Assembly (NCBI GenBank): GCA_963921275.4
Contig: OZ001293.3
Coordinates: forward strand, 5,536,001 to 5,600,000
Direction of reading: 5' to 3'
Length of the DNA stretch: 64,000 nt
Source: an uncultured Hormoscilla sp.
Lineage (GTDB): Bacteria; Cyanobacteriota; Cyanobacteriia; Cyanobacteriales; Desertifilaceae
Both the position numbers and the translations under genes were made by a program. Shown here in pieces: positions 23,056 to 34,450 of this stretch. Each line of letters starts with the position of its first letter. Within the stretch, counting starts at the first letter, position 1. Under the pieces are notes generated by a model. The model was not told the DNA's origin. It saw only the letters and a list, made by a program, of their open reading frames with translations, and did not search any database.

Positions 23056-24183
23056 ATGACCAACAATTCTTTTTTCGAGAAGCCTACAGAACAGTCCCGC
23101 GTCAAAGCAGAAATAGTCGCTAAATACTTTTGGGCTTGGGCAAAGGTGATTATCCCGAAGGCAAAGAAAAAACGGACAAACATCGCCTATATCGATCTGT
23201 TTTCTGGTCCTGGTATTTATGAAGATGGTTCTCAGTCTACACCATTGCTGATTTTGAAGCGTGCTATTGCCGAGCCCGATATGCGAGATATGTTAGTAAC
23301 CATCTTTAACGATGTAGACTCGGGCCACACTCAGTCGCTTCAGCAAGCTATCAAATCTCTACCCGATATAAACAGCTTAAAACACAGACCAATAATTATC
23401 AACACTGAGATGGGAGAGGAAATTGCAGAAGAGTGGGATAAAGTTAAATTATATCCTACACTCTCTTTTCTAGATCCTTGGGGTTACAAGGGGTTGTCAC
23501 TAAGTCTGTTCGGAACATTAATCGAGAGTTGGGGTTGTGATTGTATATTTTTCTTCAACTACAACCGGATTAATATGGTATTACATAATCCATCTGAAGA
23601 GAAGCACATGAATTCTTTGTTCGGCAAAGAGCGAGCAGATACCCTTCGAGAAAAAATAAAACCCATGCAACCTGAAGAACGAGAGTCAACTATTGTAGAA
23701 GCTATTTGTCAGGGTTTGAAAGAAGTAGGTGGAACGCACGTTCAGGAGTTTAACTTTAAAAATGCTAGTGGTAGCCGCACTAGCCATTATTTAATTTTTG
23801 TCTCCAAGAATCGGCGTGGTCTCTCAATCATGAAAGATATCATGGCTAAAAAAAGCTCTACTTTCTTTCAGAATGTACCGTCTTATGACTACAATACCCA
23901 GTCCGGACTTCGTCAGCTTTCACTGTTTGACCCTAAACCACTTGACGAACTTGAAGATATGTTGTTGGATAAATTTGCGGGTAGAACCATGACTATGATC
24001 GATGTTTATAACGAGCACTACGTTGATACGTCCTATATCAAGAAAAACTACAAAGATGCTCTCCGGAAGCTAGAGGAGAAAGGCAAAATAATAGCCGATC
24101 CGTCTGCTAGCCAACGACCCAAAAGAGAAGGAAAAATCACATTTGCAGACGAGGTAAAAGTTACATTCCCAGCAAAGCAGTAG
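23056..24183 (+). CDS. tcmP: Three-Cys-motif partner protein (methyltransferase-like fold, C-terminal wHTH)
   Basis: K..IV.KY..AW, YIDLFSGPG..GS.STP, FLDPWG and YLIFVSKN..G...MK motifs. It lies next to a DUF5131 gene. Confidence 0.85.
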   Translation: MTNNSFFEKPTEQSRVKAEIVAKYFWAWAKVIIPKAKKKRTNIAYIDLFSGPGIYEDGSQSTPLLILKRAIAEPDMRDMLVTIFNDVDSGHTQSLQQAIKSLPDINSLKHRPIIINTEMGEEIAEEWDKVKLYPTLSFLDPWGYKGLSLSLFGTLIESWGCDCIFFFNYNRINMVLHNPSEEKHMNSLFGKERADTLREKIKPMQPEERESTIVEAICQGLKEVGGTHVQEFNFKNASGSRTSHYLIFVSKNRRGLSIMKDIMAKKSSTFFQNVPSYDYNTQSGLRQLSLFDPKPLDELEDMLLDKFAGRTMTMIDVYNEHYVDTSYIKKNYKDALRKLEEKGKIIADPSASQRPKREGKITFADEVKVTFPAKQ

Positions 24184-24949
24184 CACCTCTATTTATTGGT
24201 TTTCGGTTAGGTTTTGCTCGATACTTTTCCCATCGTTTCCGATGCTGTTCCCAGGCGGCTGGCATTTGGTCCCAAATTTGCCCATCCAAAAGCCGCCCTC
24301 CAGCTTTGGGGGTGATACCGCCAACCTGCTTGAAGAAAAATGCTACCCCAGCATCCTGACATCGATCGCGGATATCCTGGGCCCACTCTATTTCCATCGG
24401 ACGGTATTTTGGTCCCGACTCGCCACCAACAATCACCCAGTCAATTCCCGTTAGATCCAGTTGTAAAGGACTTAACAGAGGTTCGCATGAAAGAAAGCGC
24501 ACTGCAGAGAAAACTTGCCGCAGACAGTCAACGCGGTGAATGTAGTTTTGATTCTCCACAGACACCCCCATCCAAACATTTTTATGCCAGTCTAGTTCAG
24601 AAGCTAACTCAAGCAGACGATCGTGCCGTTTGGTAAGAATTTGATATATATGCCAAGGTGTTTCACCCATTACCTCAAAAACTTTCTTCAGGAACCACAC
24701 AGGTACTTCTTCGTGGAAGAGGTCACTCATCGAGTTAACAAATATTCGACTTGGTTTGCGCCACCGCTTTGGTTGTGCCAAACGGTCTTTATAGACTGTC
24801 AATGCAAACCCATTCGGAAAATTTGTATAGAACCGTTTGGTGAGTGCTTCTGCATAGCAGTGCGTACAACCAGGACTTACCTTGTCACAACCAGTCGTCG
24901 GGTTCCAGGTTCTGTCCGTCCATTCGATCCCAGTATTAGTGCTAGCCAT
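24161..24949 (-). CDS. DUF5131 / phage Gp37/Gp68 family protein (CX6CX2C)
   Basis: IEWTDRTWNPTTGCDKVSPGCTHCYA, NSMSDLF, LTKR, SCEPLL and WVIVGGESG motifs. Confidence 0.92.
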   Translation of the reverse strand: MASTNTGIEWTDRTWNPTTGCDKVSPGCTHCYAEALTKRFYTNFPNGFALTVYKDRLAQPKRWRKPSRIFVNSMSDLFHEEVPVWFLKKVFEVMGETPWHIYQILTKRHDRLLELASELDWHKNVWMGVSVENQNYIHRVDCLRQVFSAVRFLSCEPLLSPLQLDLTGIDWVIVGGESGPKYRPMEIEWAQDIRDRCQDAGVAFFFKQVGGITPKAGGRLLDGQIWDQMPAAWEQHRKRWEKYRAKPNRKPINRGATALLGM

Positions 24950-25207
24950 ATGCAAATTTAACCACAATAAATTAATTAATGTATGTTAGTAAATATAACA
25001 CTAACTACTAAAATTATGTAAAGGTGAGACCATTTACTCAGACCGGTTGCTTATGGTACGGCCAGAACAACAGGTGCCCGATCGAGAGTACTGTGCAGAG
25101 GGTGGGGATGTATTTGTATACGAGACGAGCTGGTGGGGAGTCACATATAGCGGTAAGATGGATGGGAAGTGATTCCACCATCAGAACCGAAAACTAGGTG
25201 TAACACA

Positions 25208-28200
25208 ATGACAATATCTAAAGGTGAGACAAACCTCTCTGAGTTAGAGCGAGCGATCGCGCTTTATCAGACAGCACTAGAGACCATTGAGTCAGCAAAA
25301 CTAGGGCCGTCAAAAGCACAAGCAATGGAAGTGATCGCGGCCCGGGATGCAGTTCAGGCCGCCCTCAATGAAGAACCATTGGATGGGGTCGAGCCGGGAA
25401 TCGCTTCCCGACCCTCCCTTTCGGAACCGGATTTGCGATTTTCACCGCATCCGGCTACTGGGTACTAGGCCCTTTTCATAGGTAGACTTAATAGGAATTA
25501 CTTCCGTTAGCCCTTGCCGCCTGTCTTTTCTTCCCTTTCCTGGTTTAGCGAGTGGTTGTTCTGATAACCGTTAGTATCACCATTTTCAAGTCAGTTTTAC
25601 CAGTTATCCATACCTTATCCTCCACTTGCGTTTCGGATTAGTTCCGTGGCTTTTTAGGATTACTCATTCCAGCAGCTTCCTAGTATCACCGACCCACGTC
25701 AGCGCTGGCTACCCAGCATCATCTACATTACTGTAGATGTTATCCCAGGAATTACCCCGGGCATTCGCTTCTTGGGCCATCCCTCCCCCCGTGGCTTGCG
25801 CTTAACATCTAACTTGTCCTGATGGACAGCACACGAGAGGTTACTTCGTTCCCTAACAACATTTCGCGATACCTTTAGGTCCACACTATACCCCGGGAGC
25901 TATTTGAGTACTATATTAGCCAGAGTCTAAAACTAATACTAGCTACCATTTCCTTTTTAGGCCAGCGCATATAGCCTTATTTCGCTGGTTCCTTATAACG
26001 AGGCTTGCACATGTTTGCCTGCTCTAACCTTGGATATCTTTCCTAGCGGCGTCACCGGCTTAGGCTGCCAGTTATCCTACATTTGAGTCCTCGCTTAGCA
26101 CCACGATGATGTCGCTTCGTAGCACCGAGGACCGGTGTCACCCCCGTACCTGGGGGGAGGGGAATTTAACCCCCATGCGGTCAGAGTTCCCGGCTAATGA
26201 AACCGGGCTAGCGTTCCGTGTTTGACCACGTTAGGCTAGAACGAATCGCACAGACTCCGCCAAGAGTAGAGCAACTGTCTGTGAGTTGGATAGCAGGTTG
26301 AAAAAACAGGAAAAGGCGATCGCCAGCGCTGGTCCGTTGCCGGAATGGCGCGAGAGCTTGCAGCCACCAGAGTCAGCTTGGTGGTGGTTTTTCTAACCGC
26401 CGATCGACCGGTAGATGCGATTCGACTGGTTGTGGAATGCCTTGACGATTAGCGCCTTAGCATTGTCTGCTAGCTTGATCATGACTACTCTACAGTCTTT
26501 GGCGATCAAAGGATTGACCTGGCAACAGTCCTTTGGAGCCATTCTTCAGGGAGCCGGGTTGGCGGCGATCGGATCCAGCGCACTGACGTCAGAAGGACAG
26601 CAAAAGGTGAGGAACATTCTTAAGAAGACCGGCGTGCCCGAGCGTTTCCAGAGCGAGGCCACTCTGATTGTCTCATTAATGGTGTTGGGAGGTGTCTACA
26701 GCCTGTACAATTTCTTGCCCGGTCGTTTATACGAAAATGGGCTCTCAAGTTATCGGCAGGGGGAGTTGTCCGATGCAGAGGAAAATTTCTTACAGGCGCT
26801 CGAACTGAAACCCGATGATGAGAGGAGCAACATTGCTCTGGGAGAAGTTTACGAATCTATAGGCGATCTCGAAAAGGCGATCGCCCAGTACAAGCAGGCA
26901 TTATCATCGGGCAATCCCAAAGCCTTTAACAACCTGGGGCGCGTGTATATTGACAGAATTGACCCCATCCTAAGAAGGAAAACTTTCTCCTCGCTGAGAC
27001 CTACCTACGGATAGGCTTGCAGCGTGCCAAGGGCACCCGGGAGGAGCCAGATTTGAATGAGGATCCCGATTCCAATAATCCCAATAATATTAAATATGAA
27101 TTGTATAGGAACCTGGGCTGGGCGCTGTTGGAGCAAAAAAAATATCCAGAAGCAGAGTCGGCACTGAAAAAGGCAATTGAATTTGACAATCAGACCCCCG
27201 AATTGCAGCTCGGCTCGGCCATTTCTGAGTGTCTGCTAGCGAAGCTATACAAAATTCAGGGAGATAAGCAACAGCGACAGATGAACTTGAGAGAGTGCCG
27301 GATGCTAGCCCGTCCGGAAACCTTAAATGAATACAAACGGTTGGTTCAGGATGAAGGTATAATGGCAGACTGCATCGACACAACTTTGATCGTCACGGGT
27401 CTGGACAAACTGCCCGTGGAATTTAATGAGTATTGTCGGGCATTGGCTGTGAAGAAACCACTAACAGCACTGACCGATCCTGCTCAAATAGAAGCTTTGG
27501 GGCAGAAGCTGTCAGAAAAAATTCAGCATGCGCTCGTTCCTCATGACAAACGCGCCTTTATCAATGGCAATTTAGTCTACTGGGTAACTGTGGGCGCAGG
27601 AGGGGATGTCATCGCCTTGGAGCCGACGAATAAACTGGCATCTGATGGAGTCCAATATACTCCCCTATTTGCCTTGTTAGAGTCAAATGCTACCCAAGAT
27701 GCTCTGGCTATATTCCAAGTAGTGTTTTCTCCTGACGGTTCCTTTAATGTCAACCCCTTGTCAGAGGAGTCCAAATCTCTAGCAGAGCCCACCTACCATG
27801 CCCCCCGGACGCACGGCGAAAACCCGGGGGGCACGGCCGGAAAAATCGGAAACCCCTCAGGTAAAAACAATTACTGAAGATCCAGCTAAAATAGAAGCTT
27901 TGAGGGTAAAGCTTTTTGATGAAATTGACCGCGTTCGCGTAGCGTGCGCGCAGCGTGCGCGCAGCGCATACTTGGCGCATCGTCCCCAGTTTCAATCAAA
28001 ATTTAGTCTACCAGGTGAGGGTGGACGTACCGTTCCGGAAAAATCGGGGGGCGATCGTCTCCTACGAACCCAAAATTCAACTGGCCTCTGACTTTGTCGT
28101 TCGCGTAGCGTGCGCGCAGCGCATAGAAATTCCCCTCCCCCAATTAGTTTCCCAAAATGCCACCGCGATGTCTCCTGTGTGCTGTGCGCGCAGCGTGGCG

Positions 28201-28316
28201 CAGCCATGTCCCCTGGGACAAGAGCTCTGGCAGAGATATCGAATCGACATAAGGCTCAATTCAAGGTAGTGTTCTCGCCTTTTGGAGCCTTGGAGGTCAC
28301 TCCCTGGCAGCAGTAA
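25208..28316 (+). pseudogene. Membrane-anchored TPR protein, disrupted by an antisense intron, stops, frameshifts and repeat insertions
   Basis: The frame rejoins across the intron (EEPL|DSAKS..WWWFF). Stops occur at 26394 and 26412. TPR motifs lie in 26415-27877, and the duplicated C-terminal domain is filled with small repeats. Confidence 0.8.
25381..26251 (-). mobile_element. ORF-less group II intron, family A, copy 1 (871 bp)
   Basis: 5' GTGCG, domain V AGCCGGATGCG-GTGAAAAT-CGC..TCCGGTT and a domain VI hairpin. There is no RT ORF, and it is near-identical to the two other copies. Confidence 0.95.
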
Positions 28317-28550
28317 GCAGGTAGACCATTGTTCCTATGTTCGTAGTAAGGACTTTAGTCCTTGCCCTCCGGAAGCACGAAGCGTGCTTACTACAAACGG
28401 AAAGCACTTTCTTCCTTGCCCAAGGTAAGCACGAAGCGTGCTTACTACTATGTATACGAACTGCTACGCAGCAGCTAGTGCGCGTAGCGCTATTAACAAA
28501 TTGCGATGGCAAGCACGCTAGCGCTGACGCTGCTACGCGAAACGTGCTGA

Positions 28551-29702
28551 CTACGAACGGAGAGCAACCCTATTCCAGCGAAAATGTGACAGCAGAGGAT
28601 CTGACTTTTGCTGGCAAACAAAATCGGCAATTAAGTTTGCGGTCACGGGTGCGAGAAGAATGCCATTGCGGTAATGACCGACTGCAAGGGTTAAATTTTG
28701 CCAAGGACTGGGACCAAGAATTGGCAATTCATCTGGAGTTGCAGGTCGATATCCCCACCAAAACTCTTGGATCGGAAAATCTTTGATCGCTGGGTAAAGA
28801 CGAATTGCCCGCCCTAACAATGCTTGCATTCCCTCTGGGGTATTGTGGGGAGTGAAACCTACATCCTCAACAGTAGCACCAATTACAATCAAACCATCCC
28901 GGCGGGGCACGATACCAGTATTGGGACCAAATAACACCCGTTGCAGGGGCAGTTCTTCGATGCCGTCCGGGTGTCGCGCTATTCGCCGTACCCCTTGTCG
29001 CGCATCGTGGTATGATTCTGGGACTCGCACTGATAGCATTTGCCCCTTTTTGGGATACACTGGCACGGACAGTAACTGACCCGACCACGCACCCGTTGCC
29101 AGGATGTAGTGCGACCCGCGCATTTCTCCCATGTTGGTCTGGAGACTAATAACTTTTCCTTGCTGCTGCTGGATTTCTTTTACTTCTATTCCCTCGCGCA
29201 GTTCCACCCCCAATAATTGTGCCGCCACTTGCAGCACTTTAGCTAGCGCCCTGCGATTATCAACCTGTGCATCATTAGGGAACCACCAGCCACCGACCAC
29301 ATCTGCTCCTAAACCATCCTGATATTGATGAATCTCCTCGGAATCTAGCCATTTGCCATCCGATTTTTCCGGAACGGTGGTAGTAATGTCATCAGGAATC
29401 TCGTAGACTGGGGCGAGAATGCCGCAGGACCAGTAGCCAGTGTCTAAGCCAGTAATTGCTGTTAACTTGCTAGTCCAGTCGGGATACATAGCCCGGCTGC
29501 GCAAACAAAGGTCAAGCATGGGACCTGGAGGAATGCCTTCACCTTGGGCCGCAAGCATACCCGCTGCGACATGGGCGGCGGCTTCGGTGAAGTTGCGACT
29601 TAAGACTCGTACCTCGCGCATCCCACGCAATTTTAACTCGATCGCGATCGAGAGACCGATCCAGCCACCGCCGATAATTAGGATGTCAGTAGATGAACTC
29701 AT
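28551..29702 (-). CDS. thiO: Glycine oxidase
   Basis: IIGGG.IGLS, AAGML, LATGAWS, PKKGQ, GYRPATPD and GHYRNGILLAP motifs. It carries repeat-derived in-frame inserts. Confidence 0.92.
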   Translation of the reverse strand: MSSSTDILIIGGGWIGLSIAIELKLRGMREVRVLSRNFTEAAAHVAAGMLAAQGEGIPPGPMLDLCLRSRAMYPDWTSKLTAITGLDTGYWSCGILAPVYEIPDDITTTVPEKSDGKWLDSEEIHQYQDGLGADVVGGWWFPNDAQVDNRRALAKVLQVAAQLLGVELREGIEVKEIQQQQGKVISLQTNMGEMRGSHYILATGAWSGQLLSVPVYPKKGQMLSVRVPESYHDARQGVRRIARHPDGIEELPLQRVLFGPNTGIVPRRDGLIVIGATVEDVGFTPHNTPEGMQALLGRAIRLYPAIKDFPIQEFWWGYRPATPDELPILGPSPWQNLTLAVGHYRNGILLAPVTANLIADFVCQQKSDPLLSHFRWNRVALRS

Positions 29703-29974
29703 GGTTGGTGGTTTGTTATCATCTCTAAGGGTAATGTGGGCTGTGCCCACATTACTGTGAACAGCTTACCAGGATACAACAGGGTAAGCGCAAGAATCAT
29801 GCTTGGGGCATCTATTCTCAACTATCATGATAATGATTGCCATATTATTGCCAATATTGCACAAAGCGTGAGAATGATTTTGTGGTGGCTCGAACCACAT
29901 TTTGGCACAATTTTTCTTGCCTTTGCCCTGCAGGATACAATTATTAGCCATTAGCCATTATCTATGCTTAACTA

Positions 29975-31588
29975 GTGGAAGAACAACACCAAGCCAAACG
30001 TTCTCTGGTTTCCATTGCCAGTATTGTGGCTGCTGCCACGCTGATTAGTAAAATCTTTGGGTTGGTACGCCAGCAAGCGATCGCGGCTGCTTTTGGCGTC
30101 GGTCCCGCCGTGGATGCCTACACCTACGCTTATGTTATCCCTGGCTTTCTGTTAGTGTTGCTAGGAGGCATCAATGGACCCTTCCACAGCGCGATCGTCA
30201 GCGCCTTAGCCAAGCGCAAGCCTGTAGAAGCTGCCCCCCTGGTAGAAACCATCACTACCTTAGTTAGCTGTATTTTACTGCCCGTTACCATTGCTTTGAT
30301 CTTCTTTGCCCATCCCGCCATCGATCTGGTGGCACCAGGCTTAACTGAGACCCCAGAAGGGATGGAAATTCGGGCGATCGCGATCCAGCAATTCCGGATC
30401 ATGGCATCGCTGGCCCTACTTGCGGGTTTAATTGGCCTGGGTTTTGGCACTCTCACTGCCGCAGATCGATATTGGCTGCCCTCCATCAGTCCCTTATTTT
30501 CCAGTGTAGCATTAATTGCAGGCTTAGGGATCTTAGCCCTGCACCTGGGGGAGAAAATTATCCAGCCCGAATATGCCCTATTAGGGGGAGTTGTCTTAGC
30601 CTGGTCTACTCTGGCAGGTGCTATCTTACAATGGTTAATGCAGCTTATTGCCCAATGGAGATCGGGCTTAGGCAGCTTACGTCCCAGGTTTAATTTTCGC
30701 CAGCCTGGGGTCACCGAAGTGCTCAAGGTCATGGGGCCAGCCATCTTTTCCTCTGGCATGATGCAGATTAATGTCTGGATCGATTTATTCTTTGCTTCTT
30801 TCATTCCCCAAACTGCTGCTGGCTTAGCTTATGCTGGTTTATTAGTGCAAACGCCCTTGGGAATTCTTTCCAATACGATCTTGGTGCCATTGTTACCAAT
30901 GTTATCACGGTTAGCAGACCCCAATGACTGGCCAGAACTGAAATTGAGAATTCGCCAAGGGTTGATCGTCACAGCTTTAACTACCTTGCCCCTGGGGGCG
31001 ATGACGATCGTCCTGGCAGTCCCGATCGTGAGGGTAGTATACGAACGCGGTGCCTTCGATCTGGGTGCTTCCCAATTTGTCGCACCGATGCTGATGACTT
31101 ACGGCCTAGGAATGTTTGTCTATTTAGGGCGTGACGTTTTAGTGAGAGTGTTTTATGCCTTGGGTGACGGACAGACGCCCTTTAGAGTCAGTGTAATTAA
31201 TATAGCATTGAATGTCCTGCTAGATTATCTGCTGATTAATAGCTTCGGGGCACCCGGTTTAGTCCTCGCCACGGTCGGCGTGAATGTGATTTCAATAGTG
31301 GCCATGTTATGGTTACTACATCGCAAGCTGCATAGTTTGCCCTTATTGAAATGGAGTTTGCCGATCGCCTCTCTGATCGTCGGCAGCATATTAGCTGGTT
31401 TGGCCAGCTTCGCCACTTCTGAACATTGGGAGCAAATTTTCGGGATAGAAGGCTTGGTAACCCAAATTTTGCAACTGATTGTATCAGCAACTGTCGGCTT
31501 AGGGGTATTTGCCCTATTTGCCACCCAGTTAAAATTACCAGAAGTTGACATATTTATGTCCCGCCTGCGGCAGAAGTTCATTAAGTAG
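29975..31588 (+). CDS. murJ: Lipid II flippase
   Basis: ATLISKIFGLVRQ, GGINGPFHSA, YERGAF and RVFYALGD motifs. Confidence 0.95.
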   Translation: MEEQHQAKRSLVSIASIVAAATLISKIFGLVRQQAIAAAFGVGPAVDAYTYAYVIPGFLLVLLGGINGPFHSAIVSALAKRKPVEAAPLVETITTLVSCILLPVTIALIFFAHPAIDLVAPGLTETPEGMEIRAIAIQQFRIMASLALLAGLIGLGFGTLTAADRYWLPSISPLFSSVALIAGLGILALHLGEKIIQPEYALLGGVVLAWSTLAGAILQWLMQLIAQWRSGLGSLRPRFNFRQPGVTEVLKVMGPAIFSSGMMQINVWIDLFFASFIPQTAAGLAYAGLLVQTPLGILSNTILVPLLPMLSRLADPNDWPELKLRIRQGLIVTALTTLPLGAMTIVLAVPIVRVVYERGAFDLGASQFVAPMLMTYGLGMFVYLGRDVLVRVFYALGDGQTPFRVSVINIALNVLLDYLLINSFGAPGLVLATVGVNVISIVAMLWLLHRKLHSLPLLKWSLPIASLIVGSILAGLASFATSEHWEQIFGIEGLVTQILQLIVSATVGLGVFALFATQLKLPEVDIFMSRLRQKFIK

Positions 31589-31639
31589 CAGTCAATTACT
31601 AATGGCTAATCGCAATAATCAATTAGCCATTAGAATTAG

Positions 31640-31951
31640 CTACATCTGGCGCTGAAACTCTTCGAGTAGATCCATCAGATTCATTTGTGCCTGCATGGGA
31701 ATGAGTTCAGCTAGAGGGATTTCCCGTTTGCCGCCGCCTAGCTTAACAGGAATATTTTGCAGGATTTGTAGCACCTGGCCTTCCTGTAGAGTATTATCGG
31801 CAAGCATGGGATAGAATTGCTCTGCCAGGACGGTATGCAAATGGGCATCATTTAAGTAGAGATGCCATTTAGCGATGTCTATGTAGACTTTGTCGCCAAT
31901 TTCGGCGGCCAGTGATTCAATTGCTTCTGTCGTGTTCCAGTTAGCACACAT
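31640..31951 (-). CDS. Conserved cyanobacterial protein (DUF3181-like)
   Basis: LAAEIGDKVYIDIAKWHLYL..V.LGGG motif. Confidence 0.75.
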   Translation of the reverse strand: MCANWNTTEAIESLAAEIGDKVYIDIAKWHLYLNDAHLHTVLAEQFYPMLADNTLQEGQVLQILQNIPVKLGGGKREIPLAELIPMQAQMNLMDLLEEFQRQM

Positions 31952-32076
31952 AATTGCTCTAGTATGATATCCTAATTATAGGAGCAAATCCGCCCCTTAT
32001 CCCAATATAGCACTAAACTGCTGGTTTGTAGTAAGGACTTTAGTCCTTCTAAGGATTATACTACCAAGGAGAAGAT

Positions 32077-33499
32077 ATGGCAATGGTAACCTCTACAATT
32101 GTCTCAAAAGAATCAGAAGTCATCACGCTAGATGACTATATGCGCAACCCCCCAGAGATGGAGTGGGTGGATGGACAATTATTGGAGAAAAATGACATGA
32201 CACTCAAGCACGGTCGGATGGGGTCGAGCCGGGAATCGCTTCCCGACCCTCCCTTGAGGAACCGGACTTGCGATTTTCACCGCATCCGGCTACTGGGTAC
32301 TAGGCCCTTTTCATAGGTAGACTTAATAGGAATTACTTTTGTTAGCCCTTGCCGCCTGTCTTTTCTTCCCTTTCCTGGTTTAGCGAGTGGTTGTTCTGAT
32401 AACCGTTAGTATCACCATTTTCAAGTCAGTTTTACCAGTTATCCATACCTTATCCTCCACTTGCGTTTCGGATTAGTTCCGTGGCTTTTTAGGATTACTC
32501 ATTCCAGCAGCTTCCTAGTATCACCGACCCACGTCAGCGCTGGCTACCCAGCATCATCTACATTACTGTAGATGTTATCCCAGGAATTACCCCGGGCATT
32601 CGCTTCTTGGGCCATCCCTCCCCCCGTGGCTTGCGCTTAACATCTAACTTGTCCTGATGGACAGCACACGAGAGGTTACTTCGTTCCCTAACAACATTTC
32701 GCGATACCTTTAGGTCCACACTATACCCCGGGAGCTATTTGAGTACTATATTAGCCAGAGTCTAAAACTAATACTAGCTACCATTTCCTTTTTAGGCCAG
32801 CGCATATAGCCTTATTTCGCTGGTTCCTTATAACGAGGCTTGCACATGTTTGCCTGCTCTAACCTTGGATATCTTTCCTAGCGGCGTCACCGGCTTAGGC
32901 TGCCAGTTATCCTACATTTGAGTCCTCGCTTAGCACCACGATGATGTCGCTTCGTAGCACCGAGGACCGGTGTCACCCCCGTACCTGGGGGGAGGGGAAT
33001 TTAACCCCCATGCGGTCAGAGTTCCTGGCTAATGAAACCGGGCTAGCGTTCCGTGTTTGACCACGTTAGGCTAGAACGAATCGCACAGATTCAGTTAAGG
33101 TTAGGCTCTTACTGAAAAATTTACAAGGAATCTAATGAACAAGGAAGAGAAGTTTATACAGATGCGCCCTGTCGCACTATTGGCAGGGGACGTAAGCCTG
33201 ATGTTGCCTACCTCACCCCGGATCTGCTGGCCCAGTTTGGCAATGAGGCAGTGCTTCCTCAGAGTTTCCCCTTGATCGCTGAAATAATTTCCCCTACGGA
33301 TTTTGCCGAAGAAGTCATTGGCAAATCTCAAGAGTATTTACAGTCTGGTTGTCAGGAAGTATGGCTAGTGTTTCCTGAAAGTCGTTGGATAATTGTGACT
33401 ACTACCGAATCACGACAGGTATTTGTTTCCGGTGACGTTGTCAGTACTCAGAAAGTCCTGCTTGGTTTCAATGTAGCCGTCGATGAATTATTGGCTTAA
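32077..33499 (+). pseudogene. Uma2-family endonuclease interrupted by an antisense intron
   Basis: EWVDG..MTLKHG | .IQLRL..KPDVAY..PLIAEIISP..YLQSGCQEVWLV, with an additional TGA at 33113. Confidence 0.85.
32216..33086 (-). mobile_element. ORF-less group II intron, family A, copy 2 (871 bp)
   Basis: Near-identical to 25381-26251. Confidence 0.95.
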
Positions 33500-33534
33500 T
33501 TGATATCGGGCCATTAACAATGAACCATTAACCT

Positions 33535-33813
33535 TTATCCTGAAGAAGATTTGGGCGGACTGTCCGCAGATGATGTTTGGGAGTAGGAGGCGATCGCAAA
33601 GACATAGACTCCATGGCCCAACAGCAGCAGTAGCCAGGTGAGGGTAAACCAGTGTACCCACAGCAGGGTTTGAGGTCGCAAAATGTGGAAGAACCACAAA
33701 CCAGAATTGCTAACGGCAAAAACCGCTACATGGAAGGCAAAATTCATCCGATCGTCCAAACGTCGGTAGTCTGGGTCGCGGCGATCGGGTTGACGAGGCC
33801 ATTTCGGAGGCAT
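33535..33813 (-). CDS. Small conserved two-TM cyanobacterial protein
   Basis: MPPKWPRQPDRRDPDYRRLDDRMNFA followed by two hydrophobic helices. Confidence 0.75.
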   Translation of the reverse strand: MPPKWPRQPDRRDPDYRRLDDRMNFAFHVAVFAVSNSGLWFFHILRPQTLLWVHWFTLTWLLLLLGHGVYVFAIASYSQTSSADSPPKSSSG

Positions 33814-34039
33814 AAGCAGTACAAGCAAAATCGGGAGTAGTTCTAATATACACAGGTTGTCGTTAAATAAAGTTAGAATTCAGTAAGATGAAACGGAGCT
33901 GTACACTGAAGAACAGGTATGTGAAGAACAGGCACTATTTTCGCAAGCCCAAGCTAAAACGCCGCTCTCACCTGGCGATCGCCGTTTTGCCCGATGCCGA
34001 TGCGGCTTTTCGGCCTACCGGCTACTGCAACACCACGGC

Positions 34040-34450
34040 ATGTCACCTGAGTATTTAGCCCTTGTGGGCACTGAATACAACAGTCCGGAATGGGTAGGTC
34101 TGTTCAAACCGACCCAAATTGCCCTGGGTCAAGCCTACCGTCTGGCCATCTTTACTGGAATCTCTGGCTTGGTACTTACCGGTACCCTAGCGGTGGCCTA
34201 TCAGCTAGGACTAATTCCTTTTGAAGATATCAATTGGTTGCTGTTCGTTCCAGCTGTTAGTCTGTTCTTAGGCTTCTGTGGAGCAGCGATCGGAGCTTTA
34301 ATCGGTTTCTTCGGAGAAGGCAACACTGCCAGTTTTTATCGCCATCAGCTGCGTCAAGGTCGGTACTTGTTAATGATCGAGGGACCAGAAAAGATCGTCC
34401 GCCGGGGAAAGGAAGTTCTCAGCCAATACTCTACTCCCAGAAGACTCTAG
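34040..34450 (+). CDS. Hypothetical membrane protein (5' end possibly frameshifted)
   Basis: Two TM segments and [16 protein letters not shown]. Coding-like sequence continues upstream in another frame. Confidence 0.55.
   Translation: MSPEYLALVGTEYNSPEWVGLFKPTQIALGQAYRLAIFTGISGLVLTGTLAVAYQLGLIPFEDINWLLFVPAVSLFLGFCGAAIGALIGFFGEGNTASFYRHQLRQGRYLLMIEGPEKIVRRGKEVLSQYSTPRRL

Noticed and set aside
25381..25468. Shared C-terminal peptide DGVEPGIASRPSLSEPDLRFSPHPAT as a protein domain (also at 37229-37316)
   Set aside because: It is read-through into the antisense strand of intron domains VI and V.
30130..30804. Long antisense ORFs within murJ and similar shadow ORFs in gltB, ilvB and the oxoprolinase gene
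   Set aside because: They overlap well-supported genes on the opposite strand or frame and have no motifs.
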